A stretch of 64,000 nucleotides of DNA from Podarcis tiliguerta (lineage: Eukaryota): assembly GCA_965153285.1 (NCBI GenBank), contig OZ229110.1; one strand, given 5' to 3'. Below are positions 35,419-47,883 of the stretch, piece by piece. The position numbers and the translations under genes were made by a program. The notes under the pieces are model-generated. The model searched no databases. It saw only the letters and a list, made by a program, of their open reading frames with translations, and was not told the origin of the DNA. Each line of letters starts with the position of its first letter. The stretch's first letter is position 1.

Positions 35419-37084
35419 GCTTTCACACTTACTCCACGACACAATCAATGTAATTTACTTGGGGATGTGATAAGACCAAGGATGAACATGTCAATAATCT
35501 TTATGTTACACATTCACTCTGCTATTGCAAATGTGCAGGAGAAAGCACACCCCCCCCCCCGCTTGCCAGCTTGTGACATCAGTCATTAAACTCGCTGTGG
35601 TACGAAGAAAGGCAACATCTACTCAAACAGTGATGCTGTTGGGAGAGTGCTCAAAACCTGTTTTTTTTTTTTTTATCAACTAAAGTTTTGCCGAAGTATT
35701 TATATGTCTGGATTATTAGGCCACATACCTGTGACACCAGTGAAGTCAACAACTGCAGATCTGCAGCCCCCGGTCCACCTGTTGTTGGGATACTGCCAGG
35801 GAGACAGGCATCTCCAGACGATCCATCGGTCTCTCGTAGGACAGCATCAGACAGTTAGCGACACGAGCCTCAGACACATTCCAGGACTCGTGCACGCCCT
35901 TGCAGCAGACTCCGCAACAGAAGATGCACCCAGAAGAGCATATTTACAACTTTATTCAGCGTTGGTCTGAAAAAAGGGAAAACATGACTGCCTGCCTTCG
36001 TGTCGAGGCAACAGACAGATACGAAAGCTATATACAAAACGGAAACTCCCTGTGAGCAGGAAGTACGCAGGCTTGTGACACACAACAGCCTGCTCCCTTT
36101 TTAAGGAGGAACGGAAATATCCTAACAGCTTCCACTTGGCACTCTGGGCAAACAGTGGCATCCACTGGCATGACCTACTATTACTCGTTTCACAGTTGTG
36201 ATCATGGAAATATCTAAACGCAGGTGTCCACATATCCGTAAACACGAAGGAAGCATTGTAAGGTGGCTGTGTGTGTACTTCAAGAAAGGCCATCTTACCC
36301 ATGACACCTGTTCTGCACATGAGTGCACTGCATGTGCCACTGGAGGTTCAGTGGTTATATTCACCACCGATCAAACAAGGGAGAAATTTCGCACAAAGCC
36401 AGTGCAGATCTATGTATGGATTTGCATGCTGATCCATATTGCAATCATTCCAGCACACTGAACTGTCTGGATGCATCTTGACAATGGGATGTACAGTTCC
36501 ATTGCAAACCATTCAGCGCACATGAATATAAATGGATCAGGCAGGGCATGTGTTGCACCAGCAAGCTATAGGTCCTATTATGGTAGCTTTTGCAAATGGA
36601 GAAAAAGTCAGCTGCAGTTCTTCCCTTGCTCGTTAAAAAGGCATCTGCCACAATGCCTTTCTCAAAACAAAGAACACTGATAAAAACAGCTAGGGGGTGC
36701 AGGAGACTGTTCATACTGATGCTGCAGAAAGTGACAGAAAAATTACCATCAGTGCTGCTGAATCAGGAAAAGAAAACACGGGAAAAGGCAAACACAGCCT
36801 CACTGCACTCGGTCCTTTGGGGGTAGGGAATGTTTGTTGTCATGTGTTTGCAGAAGTGAACAACCAATGCTAAGTGAATATCTGAACTAGCTTCCCCCAG
36901 CCTCCAGCCACTGTGCTAGCTGGGGCTGATGGGAATTGTAGTCCAAAACCAGGTTGGGGGAGACTGGTAAGTAAAGAATCTACACTGTGTGGAAGTGGAG
37001 ATACAGAAAGGAGAATTTGTATCACTACCTTCCTCCTCACTTTACCACTTGGCTACCCAGCTACTTGTGTACAGATATGTTTTC

Positions 37085-37090
37085 ATTAAA
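37085..37090 (+). terminator. Candidate distal ABCB11 polyadenylation signal
   Basis: ATTAAA followed by a U/GU-rich tract (ttttgggtctttgctgtcttgtgtttt); a proximal ATTAAA lies at 35585-35590. Confidence 0.4.
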
Positions 37091-37572
37091 GCAAGGGATG
37101 AAATTTTGGGTCTTTGCTGTCTTGTGTTTTCTGCTGACTAAATATCATTCTTTTTAAAAAGGATGGAAAGAAGAAACTGCATCCAGAACCATTAGGCTGA
37201 GTGAGGCGAGTGTTGTGAAGGGCAATAAACTGTGGTTTAATTTACTGTTGTCGTTATTATCTGGAATCAGATGTGCTACTCTGCAGTGAGGCGTAGCTCA
37301 GGTTGGGTGCAGGACGAGGCCAGCAGGGACCAGGCTGGATGCAGCACAAGGCAAAATTCAGGCTGGATGCAAGGCTCAGGCTGTGCTATAGCAATACAGA
37401 GCTCTGGTGTTGCTTCAGCAACAAACAAATTGGGCCCTATGCATCAGAAGCAGCTGAATCCCAATGGTTAGCTCTGCCTGCACTGGAAGGTTAAGGGAGT
37501 TTCTTCAGTTAAAGCAGCCCCAACCTGCTCTTGTAGTCTCCTACTACAGTGGAGTGGGGGAGCCTCTGGTGG

Positions 37573-37735
37573 GAACATAAGAAGAGTCTGCTGGATCAGG
37601 TCCATGGCCCATCTAGTCCAGCATCCTGTTCTTACAGCAGCCAACCAGATACCTGTGGAAAGCCGGCAAGCAGGACCTAGGTACAATGACATCCTGCCCA
37701 CCTCTGATTCCCAGGAACTGGTATTCAAAGGCAAT
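37573..37735 (-). mobile_element. LINE 3' fragment (CR1-like)
   Basis: aacataagaagagtctgctggatcagg...catctagtccagcatcctgtt; related pieces on + at ~15990-16060 and ~55860-55940. Confidence 0.5.
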
Positions 37736-40700
37736 GGTCTCACTGGGGTTTCTGCAATGGAGTCTCCCAATTCCAATCATTCTCAAGCTGGAGGGGAACT
37801 TCGCCCTGGCTCATCTGGTGGAAGCTGGCCCCGACTGCCTTCTCTGTTCTGGTTCGGAATCCTCAGCCTCATCCCCTGAAGAAGGGGATTCTGTCTCCAG
37901 GGCCATGATGGTACCCAGAGGTGGTTTGCATCCTCCTTGATGTCCCTGACAGCTGAGTGCTGCCAAGTCACAGCTGTCTTTGGCTGATTGAATGGGAAGA
38001 GCCAGGTCTATCCATGACCATACTTTCTACCTTTTCATCTGGGCAATTCATGGGATTTATTATGGGCTTTCATCATCATAATGTGGAAAGGGAGTTTGAA
38101 TTAGGCATCAAACAGTGACTTAGAAGTAAGGCAGCTCAAACTGATGAGTCCCAAACAAGGGCTGTCCATCGTTATAGAGGTGTGATGTTCCAGAGTGTGT
38201 GTGTGTGTGTGTGTGTGTTTTTAAGGGTACGTGGTAACCCCAAATCTTAAATAAGATTTGTGGAAAAGGCCTTTTCATAAACGCAATCTGTTAATTTGGA
38301 AATATACATGCTGCCAAAAATCAATCAATTTGAAACTAGATTTCCCTCATGTAGCTGTTAGCAATTTACAGAGAGGAAACCGTTAACAGGAAAAGAATAA
38401 TTGGGATTGTAGCTGGCTTGATATAAACGGTTTTCCCAAATCCCCCTGCTCTGTGTTGAAACTCTTCATGCATTGCAAATTAAGTTCACAAGGTGACATT
38501 CTAGTATCCTCCAGGCTTGTTAAGCATTGGTGACTGTCACTTAACAGGAGAATGTCAGAAATGTTTGTGAAAATTACTGACATTTACACCAAGGAAAAAG
38601 GGGAAAAAATCCTTTGGCAATAGCTCAATAATATACCGGTACTTAGAGCAAATGAAGGCAGCAACATTTATAGTACAATCCTATACATGTCTACTAAAAC
38701 TTAGTCCCACTGGGTCCAGTGGGGTTTAACCCCCCCCCCCCCCAGGAAGTGGGTATAGGATTGCTTCTTCTTGCACACAGAAAAGAAATGAATGCCTCTT
38801 CAAATACAGTACCTACTACCATCAAAAGCAAAAGATTTTTCCTTCGCAATTAATCTTTTATATTTACGTAAATTTAATTCACTAAAGTGTATCATTCATC
38901 AGCTAAGCTTTCTTTACTCAAACACCATCCCTGCTATGATGCACTTCTCTCCCTCTGTCTCTCAAAGGGAACATGCCTTTGTGCCTCTAGAGGAGTTTTG
39001 TATTTAAAATAAAAAGACAGAACACAACACAGCAATATAACAATACAATTAGGTATGTGGCTTTTGTTAAAACAAAGCAAAAGCACCGTACTATGAATAC
39101 AGTATTCAGAATTGATTGTATGCTGCCTGGGTAAGGCACCCTACTTTTTGCATTTGAAAAGTCTGTAGCATAATGTTATGATGCTTTACATAAACAGCCG
39201 TGGAGCGCAAGAATGCTGATGTGAGCAGAACAGTAGACACCCAGAAATGACTGAGATAAGCCGCATTGTGTGCCAATGTGTAGTGGCAGAATTAAAATAC
39301 AGTACACTCATATTTGCTTATTGTGAGGATATTTTTGTTGGACCACAACTCCCATCGTCCCTGACCATTGGGCCATGTTGCCTGGGGCTGATGGGAGCTG
39401 GGAATCAAACATCTGGAGGGCCAAAGGATTCCCCATCCCTGGTTTAGATTTAGTGCATGTTTATTGTTCCAGATGCAAAATGACCTTGCCAAATGCTGGA
39501 TGTGTGTGAATGATATATAGATTAATCTTTGTGACTGCCATTAATAAAGAAAATTTGGTTAGCTTTGGTTCCGTCTAAACATCTACTTATGGCATGCATC
39601 CATGGTATTGCAGTGGATCTTTCCTAGCAGGAGCTGGGATGTGATGAATTAATGGTTCTGAATTTGGGGTGCCAGCTGAATATGAAGAAATGTGGGCTTC
39701 AGGTCACACCTCAGCCATGACCTTGGTCAAAGCATTATCTCTCGCATATCTGCGTCTTTCAGTTCCTCGGTCTACCAAGGTGGAAAGGCTGTGAGGCTGA
39801 ACGTTATTCCATACAAGTTGTATGTAGCACAGAGCATGCATATCAATAAATAGTTTGCCCTTTTCTAAGCTACAACTCTGTATACTTATCTAACAATGAT
39901 TCAGCTGCTTTCAGAGGGTAAAAACTCCTGACTTGTTAAGTAATGCAGATATTACCAGTATTTGAAAGAGAAGTTTAATGTATAAAAGATGTTTCCATTT
40001 TCATCACAAGACTGCACAGTTCAAGGCAAGGGAGGGTGCAGAAATAACATGCAAGATACAAAAACACAAGTGACGTATCAGTGCAAAAATACTTGCCTTC
40101 CTGTTATGTAATGACCAACTAAGTAGTTACTTTTGCTTCACATTCTTGGAAAAATCTGAGGACAGCATTTTACTAGTAGCCACCTCACAAATTATTATAA
40201 GATCCAGATAAGTTGTATCATATAATAGCATAATTTTAGTAAATATTAATCACTCATTTTCTCTCTTTTCAGTGAATAAACGAGACCCAATATTGTAGAG
40301 CCTTGACATTTGGTACATGTATAGTCCAAAGCACCCCAGTTGCTACACAAAGTTAAAAATAGGACATTTAAATACAGCTCCCACAAAACAGAGTATTCAA
40401 AGAACACCCTCAAATGGTTGAGCATCTTCCAGGCTTCCCAGAAAGCTGAATTTTTTCACATTCATTATCCAAAACACTCCACAGTTACCTGAAAAAACTG
40501 AAAGGCTCCGAAAGGCAGAGAGTATACATTTCTACTTGAAATCCCATTGAGTTCACTGACTCTTAAGTCCCAGCTAAGTGAGTATAGGGTTGTAGCCTCT
40601 GTGTCTTACTAAATGGGATGGGAAGATACAAGACAAAAAATATATACTCCCAAAAGGTGATGGAAATTCTGGGTCACCTAGCAAATTGGCAAATATACAG

Positions 40701-40945
40701 TCCACAAAACACTGATTAATAGAAAAGTCCGACAAAATGAATATATTGGGTCTTAACAGTAATAGCTTGGGTCATGACATTTACCTCAGAATAGATGTCA
40801 GCATTTCCGCAGAGAGCAAAGTAAGTCACACATGGGTCACAGAGTTGCTTAAGGCTTGGATGTGAGGAAAGTGTGAGCTCACCAGAAACATAGGTAGGTG
40901 CTTGCAGAATGCAAGTTTAATTTACTAGTAACTATACAAATGTAC

Positions 40946-41026
40946 TGGCCAATAAAGCGAGATGAGCGCCGCAACCCCAGAGTCGGCCATGACTGGACCC
41001 AATGGTCAGGGGTCCCTTTACCTTTT
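40946..41026 (+). mobile_element. 5'-truncated Sauria SINE
   Basis: 3'-terminal 81 bp ending ccctttaccttt; perfect 13-bp TSD tatacaaatgtac. Confidence 0.85.
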
Positions 41027-41458
41027 TATACAAATGTACACATGCCCACACAAATACATAAAATGCAGTGCTGAGTAAAACTATACATCTCCTGGGCTGA
41101 GACAGAGGAGCAGGTAGGCGAAGCACTTTTCAGTTTCAGGGCAGAAAAAAATCCAGCATGCTTTGACTACTAGTACATACATATATACAAACTTTTCTAA
41201 CTGTTGGAAGCTCAGGAAGCCATGTTATAACATTCTAATTGTCAGTATTTGGGTCTTAACCGATCATTATTTCTGGTACGAGAATCTCAGTCCTGGGTGT
41301 AAGCGTCTTTTCGATTTTACATATCAGAAATATACCCACCATTGTTCGGAATGGAGAGTGAGAGAAAGTGAAATAACTGTTTTGAGTCTTCGGCCACAGA
41401 GCATCCTTGGCATCTTAAGACGTTCCAGGATCTTCCAAGGCAAACCAACCATTAATGT

Positions 41459-41970
41459 CTACCGAAACTTCTTTTCTGTTGGCTTCATGAGCAAGTATAT
41501 GCAATACGGAACAAAGGCCACTACCGTAAGCGGTATGGCTGCACTTTTACAGAAAGAAAGGATGTAAAACAGATACTCAGTGTGGGTGGGTATCTTGATA
41601 AAATCATAGAGCTGCAGCGTGGCTAAGGATGTAGCTATGCATGACATCCTGAAACTCAGTTTATAGCCATGTTTACCTTTACAGCCCAAGATAAACATCT
41701 CAGAGTTAATGCTGAGGCCTAGCCCAAACAGGGCACCTAAGTTCCTCACCAGTCCGGCGAATGGAGTCGTGTCAATATTGATCCACTCTGGGTTGGCACA
41801 CCACTTCTTTGCCTTCGGAATAGACCACAAAAGATCAATATCGATAAGCTTCAGAACCAAGTAAAAGCCGAGAGCGGAAACAAAGAGGAACACATTTGTC
41901 TGGATATATGTTTTTAAACTTGCTGTTTGGATGGCTGGGGCATGTTCAAAAGCTTCAGCAACGAGCATGC
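41459..41970 (-). CDS. G6PC2: G6PC2 exon 5 (coding part)
   Basis: ctcag|GC ATG...; MLVAEAFEH...KKWCANPEWINIDTTPFAGLVRNLG...KKFR*. Confidence 0.95.
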
Positions 41971-44900
41971 CTGAGAATGAAGAAACGAGACATTAGAAGT
42001 GATGTGTTTACTTGAAACGGATATGTTTCCATGCTTAGCCCAAAAAACCCACACACCAGAATGAGAGTTTGGTGTGATATTTAAGGTATTGCAAAATGTA
42101 TCCCTTCGTAAGACAGGCACCTTCGCTGTTCTCTTTTTGTCATCTGCTTAAAATGTTTTTGTTTAGGCAAGAGTATCCAGACATGAAGAACGCTGGCATG
42201 TGTTTAATCCTTTTGTTTACTGTTGATTTTAATCATCTTTTGAACATTTTTAAATACCTGTTATTAACTGCCTTTAGTTACTTTTAATGTTTTACCTTTT
42301 TAAAAATCACTTAGAGTTTACAGACACACCCACACCATCTGAATTGAAAAGGTCAGCCACAGTCACTCTGCAGTTAAGCTGAGGTGTGTCCACTTGAGAA
42401 AGTCATTGCACATGCACAGATGACAACTTCTTGAATGGAGTTGGGTTGCAGGCGTTGGGAAACCAAATAGGTCCAGCACATCAGGTGGAGACAGCCCCAC
42501 CGTCACTCTGGTGTGTACCGCAATGTGGAAATGTGACTTGAAATACAGAGGAGTTTAAGTCACTAGTGGGTACATAGCCTAAACTAAGTACACTTCCTGT
42601 TCACTTAAAAGTCTTCACTAGAAGCCAGCAGCTAAAGAAGTTAAAATCAGTGTGTGAAATTTAGCCCTGCTGCCACCGCTTCTTATTCCGTATCGCCTCA
42701 GAATTTTGAAAACAACTTTAACATTGACATGGACACCTGGTTAGGTATGCATTCCCACTACCCACATTATATACTTATGAACCCACTTTCCCGTAATTTC
42801 CAAAATCCTGTACATAGAAAATCCTGCCATAGAAAAAGAAAGTTCTGCCCTTATTACCAGCAATCACGCCAAGGATGACTTGGTGAGGGAAATGTGTTGC
42901 TATGAAGACTCTCGAGACACACACACTGATCTGAATAATCCAGAACATGCTCCACAGGAAAGACCAGGTGAGTCTGTTAAAGAAACAGTTGGAGGAAATA
43001 ATAACAAAAACCAAATGAAAATTATTAGACTGTTTTTCCCCCTCTCTCTTCTCAGCATCCACATCTCAGTTCAGGGCTGATCACAGTGGATGCCACAGGG
43101 GTCAATTGGCCTGGACCTCAAAGTCAAAGAGTCCTCAAATTTAGAAACTTGTTGTTTTTTATTTTGGCATTTAGCATGCCACTACAGTGGTACCTCGGGT
43201 TACATACGCTTCAGGTTACATACACTTCAGGTTACAAACTCTGCTAACCCAGAAATAGTGCTTCAGGTTAAGAACTTTGCTTCAGGATGAGAACAGAAAT
43301 TGTGCTCCGGCGGCGCAGCAGCAGTGGGAGGCCCCATTAGCTAAAGTGCTGCTTCAGGTTAAGAACAGTTTCAGGTTAAATACGGACCTCCAGAACGAAT
43401 TAAGTACTTAACCCGAGGTACCACTGTACCTGTTTTTTAAGTGCATCAGACCAAAAATTTATTTTATTTTGTTTTCATGTTTTGTCATTTTTAATTGTTT
43501 CATGGTGAAAGGTCTCCATAATTGGAAGCGGCATGGGCCTCTCTAGCCTTCTGTGAGGGCATGTCTTTATCATCTCACCCTCTGCTCCTCTCTCTTGAGC
43601 TCAACATTAAAGGCACACAAGGCTTTAAGTTACCAAAGAAACTGCTGCAAAATCTCCTTTGTATTGTTGCTGCTTGATCAAAAAAACAGCAACAAAAGTT
43701 GACCGAAAGCATTTTCAAATTTTCGCACTGCCCGTCTCGTGGCAAACGTATAACGTTCCTAAACAGGTGGCTTTGGGAAAGAGACTGACCTGTGCAGATT
43801 AATGGTTGATTTCCCTTTCTGCCTCACCGTGTAGCTCAGGGCTGCTGACACCATCACATACCAGACACATGATGATCCCATGGCATGTCCAGAGGGACTT
43901 CCTGTAGAGAAATAACAAAACAAGGCAGTGGTAAAATTCCAAAAGGCACCAGGGCATCTCCAAAGCCCATGTGTCTGTTGCAAGGCAGGGTTCTTGGCAT
44001 GTAACATTCCAAACGACTTAATAATACTGCAGTTACAGGGGGGATCAGCAAACAGTGATCAGGAGCAGGTAAGAGGTGTCTTATAAACTTCAGATGTGCC
44101 CATAGGACTAAATTGCCTGCAGTATTCATATGCAGTTCATGCAGAGCAATTAGATGCCCAATCTTAAGAGACATCTCCCATCAGACCAGAGAAGGAGAAA
44201 TCACCCATGGAAACTAACAGCCAATGAATCTTCAAAAGCAAGGAAAAGAAAATCCCTAGCCATAAAGGTACCGGTAACTGATCCATACTCATGGTAGCAA
44301 AATTAGCATTCTAATCTCTAATCTATTAGAGATGGAGCTGCAGACCTTCCTTGTGTCCCTATTTTCCAGGGACAATCCTGGATTTACAGAAGCCTTCCTG
44401 GTTTCTGATTTGATCCTGGAATGTCCCGCTTTTCCTTAGGACACCCCTATTTTCAGCAGAGAAATGTTGGAGGGTATGAAGTTATGCTACCCCTGAGCCA
44501 AGGAGTAACTATAACTAAGTAACTATACAACCTTTATAAGACTTTTGAAGGCAGCCCTGTATAGGGAAGTTTTTCAATGTTTACTATTTAATAATGTTTT
44601 TATATATATTGGAAGCCGCCCAGAGTGGCTGGGACAAGAAGAAGAAGAAGAGTTTGGATTTGATATCCCGCCTTTCACTCCCTTTAAGGAGTCTCAAAGC
44701 GGCTAACATTCTCCTTTCCCTTCCTCCCCCACAACAAACACTCTGTGAGGTGAGTGGGGCTGAGAGACTTCAAAGAAATGTGACTGGCCCAAGGTCACCC
44801 AGCAGCTGCATGTGGAGGAGCGGAGACGCGAACCCGGTTCCCCAGATTAGGAGACTACCGCTCTTAACCACTACACCACACTGGCTCTCCGACAACCCAG

Positions 44901-46868
44901 TCAGACGGGTGAGACTTAAATAATAAAAGCATATTATTATTATTATTATTATTATTATTAAATAGGACACCTCTATTTTCATCAGAGAAATGTTGGAGGG
45001 TATGGAGCTGCCGGGGTGGGACGGGACAGTTATATACAAACATCCCATCCTTACATCAATTTATTTCACTTGTATCCCGTTTGCCCTCCAACTTACATGC
45101 GAAGCCCAGGTGGTTTCCCATGCGATTGGCTGATGGGGCCAGTGTTCCTTTGCTTCAGCAGTAGAACTGCATCGCATGTCTTCAGGCTAATTGCAAGACC
45201 ATGTGGTGCTGGTGCATGACACTTGCATTTGGGGAAGGGCCAGAGCTCACCTGTTAGAGCATCTGCTTTCCATGCAGAGGGTCCCAGGTTCCATCCCTAG
45301 CATCCAGGTAGGGCTAGGAGAGACTCCCTGCCTGAAATCCTGAAGAGCCACTGCCACTCAGTGTAGACAAGGCTCCCCAAGACGGGCTCAGGATAAGGCA
45401 GCTTGCTATGTTTCTGTGCCTGGCAAATTGCTCACAGCTCCTTTTTGTCAAATCCATATTTCGCTGGCCTGTAGTAATACTTGGTAACATGGTATGGAAA
45501 AGCATGGTATGAAGAAACACTTCAAGCAGCTGTTCTTTGCAGCCAGACTAGATATTAATTTCTCAGGGAAATGGGTACCAAGCCACTTATGTTGCTGGTC
45601 CTAAACAGTTTTATTGGTTTCCAGAACTTAAAGCCCATCCTTATAAATGATTGACTCAGCTACCCTGTAGCTGGTGGAACAAATAGTGCCTGATCTATTC
45701 ATCTGCTACAATGATGGCAGATATGCAAATCTTCCTTCTCTTCCTTCTTTCTTTTCTGCAGTTAATCGTTCTTATGAAACCTACTTCTGAAGTTGAAATC
45801 TCCTACTAAGACTAGCATTTTCTACACTGCTTTTCTACAGATGGGGGCAAGGATGTGAATGTTATCACAAACAGTTGAACCAGGTCTTTTCAGTTCTTCA
45901 TGCTGTTTTAAATCATTCTGGGGAATTTCTTCCCTAATTTAAATCTCCCCCCCCAAAAAAAAAAATCAGACAAGTGGCCATTTGCAACTCCATAGTAATG
46001 AATACACATACACAAAATTATTCTCACATTTATTCCCCACCTTCCGTCATAGAACCAAAGGCAATGTTCCCAGGCAGGCACAGACGAACCCCAGTTCTGC
46101 TTTGCAATGGCATCCAGATCATACTCTATATCTTACCTGGTCCTGTTTCACATGTTATAGGAAACTGCTCAAGGCATGGGGTAGTTTGGTTTGGATAGAT
46201 CATTGTCTCCTGGACCCACCAATATGGACGATGACCAAACAAAATCCTGCCAGAAAAGAAAGCATTATCTTCAATGGACACACAAATCCAACACGTTATT
46301 TAGCAACATACCAGTCTCCCTTATATTAATGATTCTTGCTTGACTGCTAGATCAGTTTTACCATAATATGCTGAAGCAGAAGCATTATTTTCCTTTGTCT
46401 TGTTTAAAAGGGGGAAAGATAACTCTTCAAAGCTTATATACTACAGGTTGCATCCAACTAAGGGAACAGACCCATTGGAATTAATGAGCATAAGTTAGTT
46501 ACACACATCAGTGTTAATGGATCAACTCCAGCTAGCATTGAATGAAACCCTAAATAATTTCAGTAACCAACAGTCCCCAGAAGATTTCTCATCTCAGAAG
46601 ACTGTGGATCCTGCCATTCCCAAAGTTTCCAAGGAAGCAACGAACCTTACCATTTAAATATAAGATTAAACCAATCACCGATCACTGCCACCCAGATCAT
46701 TTTTGTCCCAACCACTTGATTAAGCTGGAACCAAAGAGGAAAATAAATTGAAAAAATGTTCCGAGGATCTCCGACATGTGACATGAAGTTTAGAAAGCTC
46801 TGGTATGACCTGTAATCCTTCTGCAAATGCTGAATTATGAGCACACCATGGCTGTGGAGAAGATCCAT
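41459..46868 (-). CDS. G6PC2: Glucose-6-phosphatase catalytic subunit 2 (IGRP), complete spliced CDS, 355 aa
   Basis: Five exons (218+110+112+116+512 = 1068 nt), all GT-AG. MDLLHSHGVLIIQHLQKDYR start; PAP2 motifs KWILFGHRP, PSGH and SRVFIATHFPHQ; NQT sequon; C-terminal KKFR (KKxx ER retrieval). Synteny with ABCB11 and SPC25. Confidence 0.97.
42858..42973 (-). CDS. G6PC2: G6PC2 exon 4
   Basis: aacag|...|gtaata; LTWSFLWSMFWIIQISVCVSRVFIATHFPHQVILGVIA. Confidence 0.95.
43185..43426. mobile_element. Tc1/mariner-type MITE, family A, in G6PC2 intron 3
   Basis: TA|cagtggtacctcgggtta ... taacccgaggtaccactg|TA. Confidence 0.9.
43790..43901 (-). CDS. G6PC2: G6PC2 exon 3
   Basis: tacag|...|gtcagt; SPSGHAMGSSCVWYVMV. 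Confidence 0.95.
44638..44890 (-). mobile_element. Squam3-like SINE nested in an L2-like fragment
   Basis: (GAA)n tail, direct repeat gacaa; host sequence resumes after the insertion. Confidence 0.82.
45231..45412 (+). mobile_element. Older tRNA-derived SINE
   Basis: tRNA-like head (gctc..gttagagcat...ccaggttc); tail ataaggcagcttgctatgtt; degraded relatives at ~8830-8940 (-), ~14250 and ~29760. Confidence 0.55.
46137..46246 (-). CDS. G6PC2: G6PC2 exon 2
   Basis: ggcag|...|gtaaga; ILFGHRPYWWVQETMIYPNQTTPCLEQFPITCETGP. Confidence 0.95.
46651..46868 (-). CDS. G6PC2: G6PC2 exon 1 (coding part)
   Basis: ATG at 46868 in aagATGG context; donor gtaagg. Confidence 0.95.
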
Positions 46869-47009
46869 CTTAACTTGTTAGAAACTGCACTAAGACCGAG
46901 TCCCTTGCATGAAGCAAGTTCCCGTCTGTTCTTTAGCTTCAATGGGAGAATTGAAACCATGGAAGGAGAGTAGACGAGGACATGAAAGCAGTGAACGGTA
47001 GTTGATTTT

Positions 47010-47160
47010 TTGCTTTTATATTGTCCGTTCCTGGAGCATGTGACTCTTGGCAAAGACACATGGCTCTCCTGGTTTTGGAAAGAGCCCCCCCCCCCTTTGT
47101 TTGCTTGCCATTTTAATGGAGGAAGAGAACTGAAGGACATGCTGATCTGCAGCAAATTGT
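47010..47160 (-). promoter_or_regulatory. G6PC2 proximal promoter
   Basis: TATAAAA on - (47014-47020), GTCACATG E-box on -, TGTTTGC FoxA-type site (47098-47104), TAATGG, MARE-like TGCTGATCTGCAGCA (47140-47154). Motif matches only. Confidence 0.55.
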
Positions 47161-47426
47161 GAGCAAAGGTGTGTGATGCTAAATACACGTCTTATGTAAC
47201 CATTATATGAACAGTTGGGCCATGTTTGTCTGAATCTTTTGCACAGCTCATTTCTCTCAAGACTGGGCATTGGCCATTTGCACCCTTGATTAACTACTGC
47301 TGCTGCTGCTGCTATAAAAACCAGAAATACATGAATAATCGCTGCAGGCAGAAGCCATTAAAGCTTTGCATTTTTATTTGAAATTAAAACCTGCTTCAGT
47401 TACCATGCCCATCTCTAAGCATAGCC

Positions 47427-47524
47427 CAGGGCTTTTTTTTCCCCAGCAGGAACTCACCAGAACTGAGTTTCGGTACCTCTCAGGTGGGTGCCACTGCACC
47501 TCTTTTTCTAGAAAAATAGCACTG
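47427..47524. mobile_element. hAT-type MITE
   Basis: TIR cagggctttttt / aaaatagcactg; TSD gcatagcc / gtatagcc. Confidence 0.75.
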
Positions 47525-47793
47525 GTATAGCCTATTATACTTCTAAATTGCAATTGTAAACAGTAATAATACATACAGCAACAAGATCTTAAAAAGAACC
47601 ATGTGCCTCCAAATAGGTTACCTTCTGTGCATTGGTTATTATGCTGGTCTAGAAAATACTGAGAAAAGGGCAGAACTACATGTTGCAATGTAAAAGAGGC
47701 CTGCTGTTAATAAATACAGTAGTCCATTATGAGATCTCCTTTCTTTCCCTTTTGACAAGGCCTGTTCAAGACATTTTGCCACCTGAGGTGATG

Positions 47794-47883
47794 CATAGCT
47801 GTCAACGTTTCCCTTTTTTTAAGGGAAATTCCCTTATTCCAAATAGGATTCCTCACAAGAGGAGGGAAAAGTTGACAGCTATG
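47794..47883. mobile_element. hAT-type MITE, 90 bp
   Basis: TIR catagctgtcaac (20/21 nt match when extended); TSD aggtgatg / aggtgaag. Confidence 0.85.

Noticed and set aside
35647-36826. Separate gene or endogenous viral element after ABCB11
   Set aside because: Short ORFs in several frames with no recognisable motif; kept only as a UTR candidate pending BLASTX.
38673-38766. Recurrent short palindromes (caatcctatacatg...tataggattgc; also ~2760, ~10740 and ~40520) as miRNA hairpins
   Set aside because: Multiple decayed dispersed copies indicate an old MITE family.
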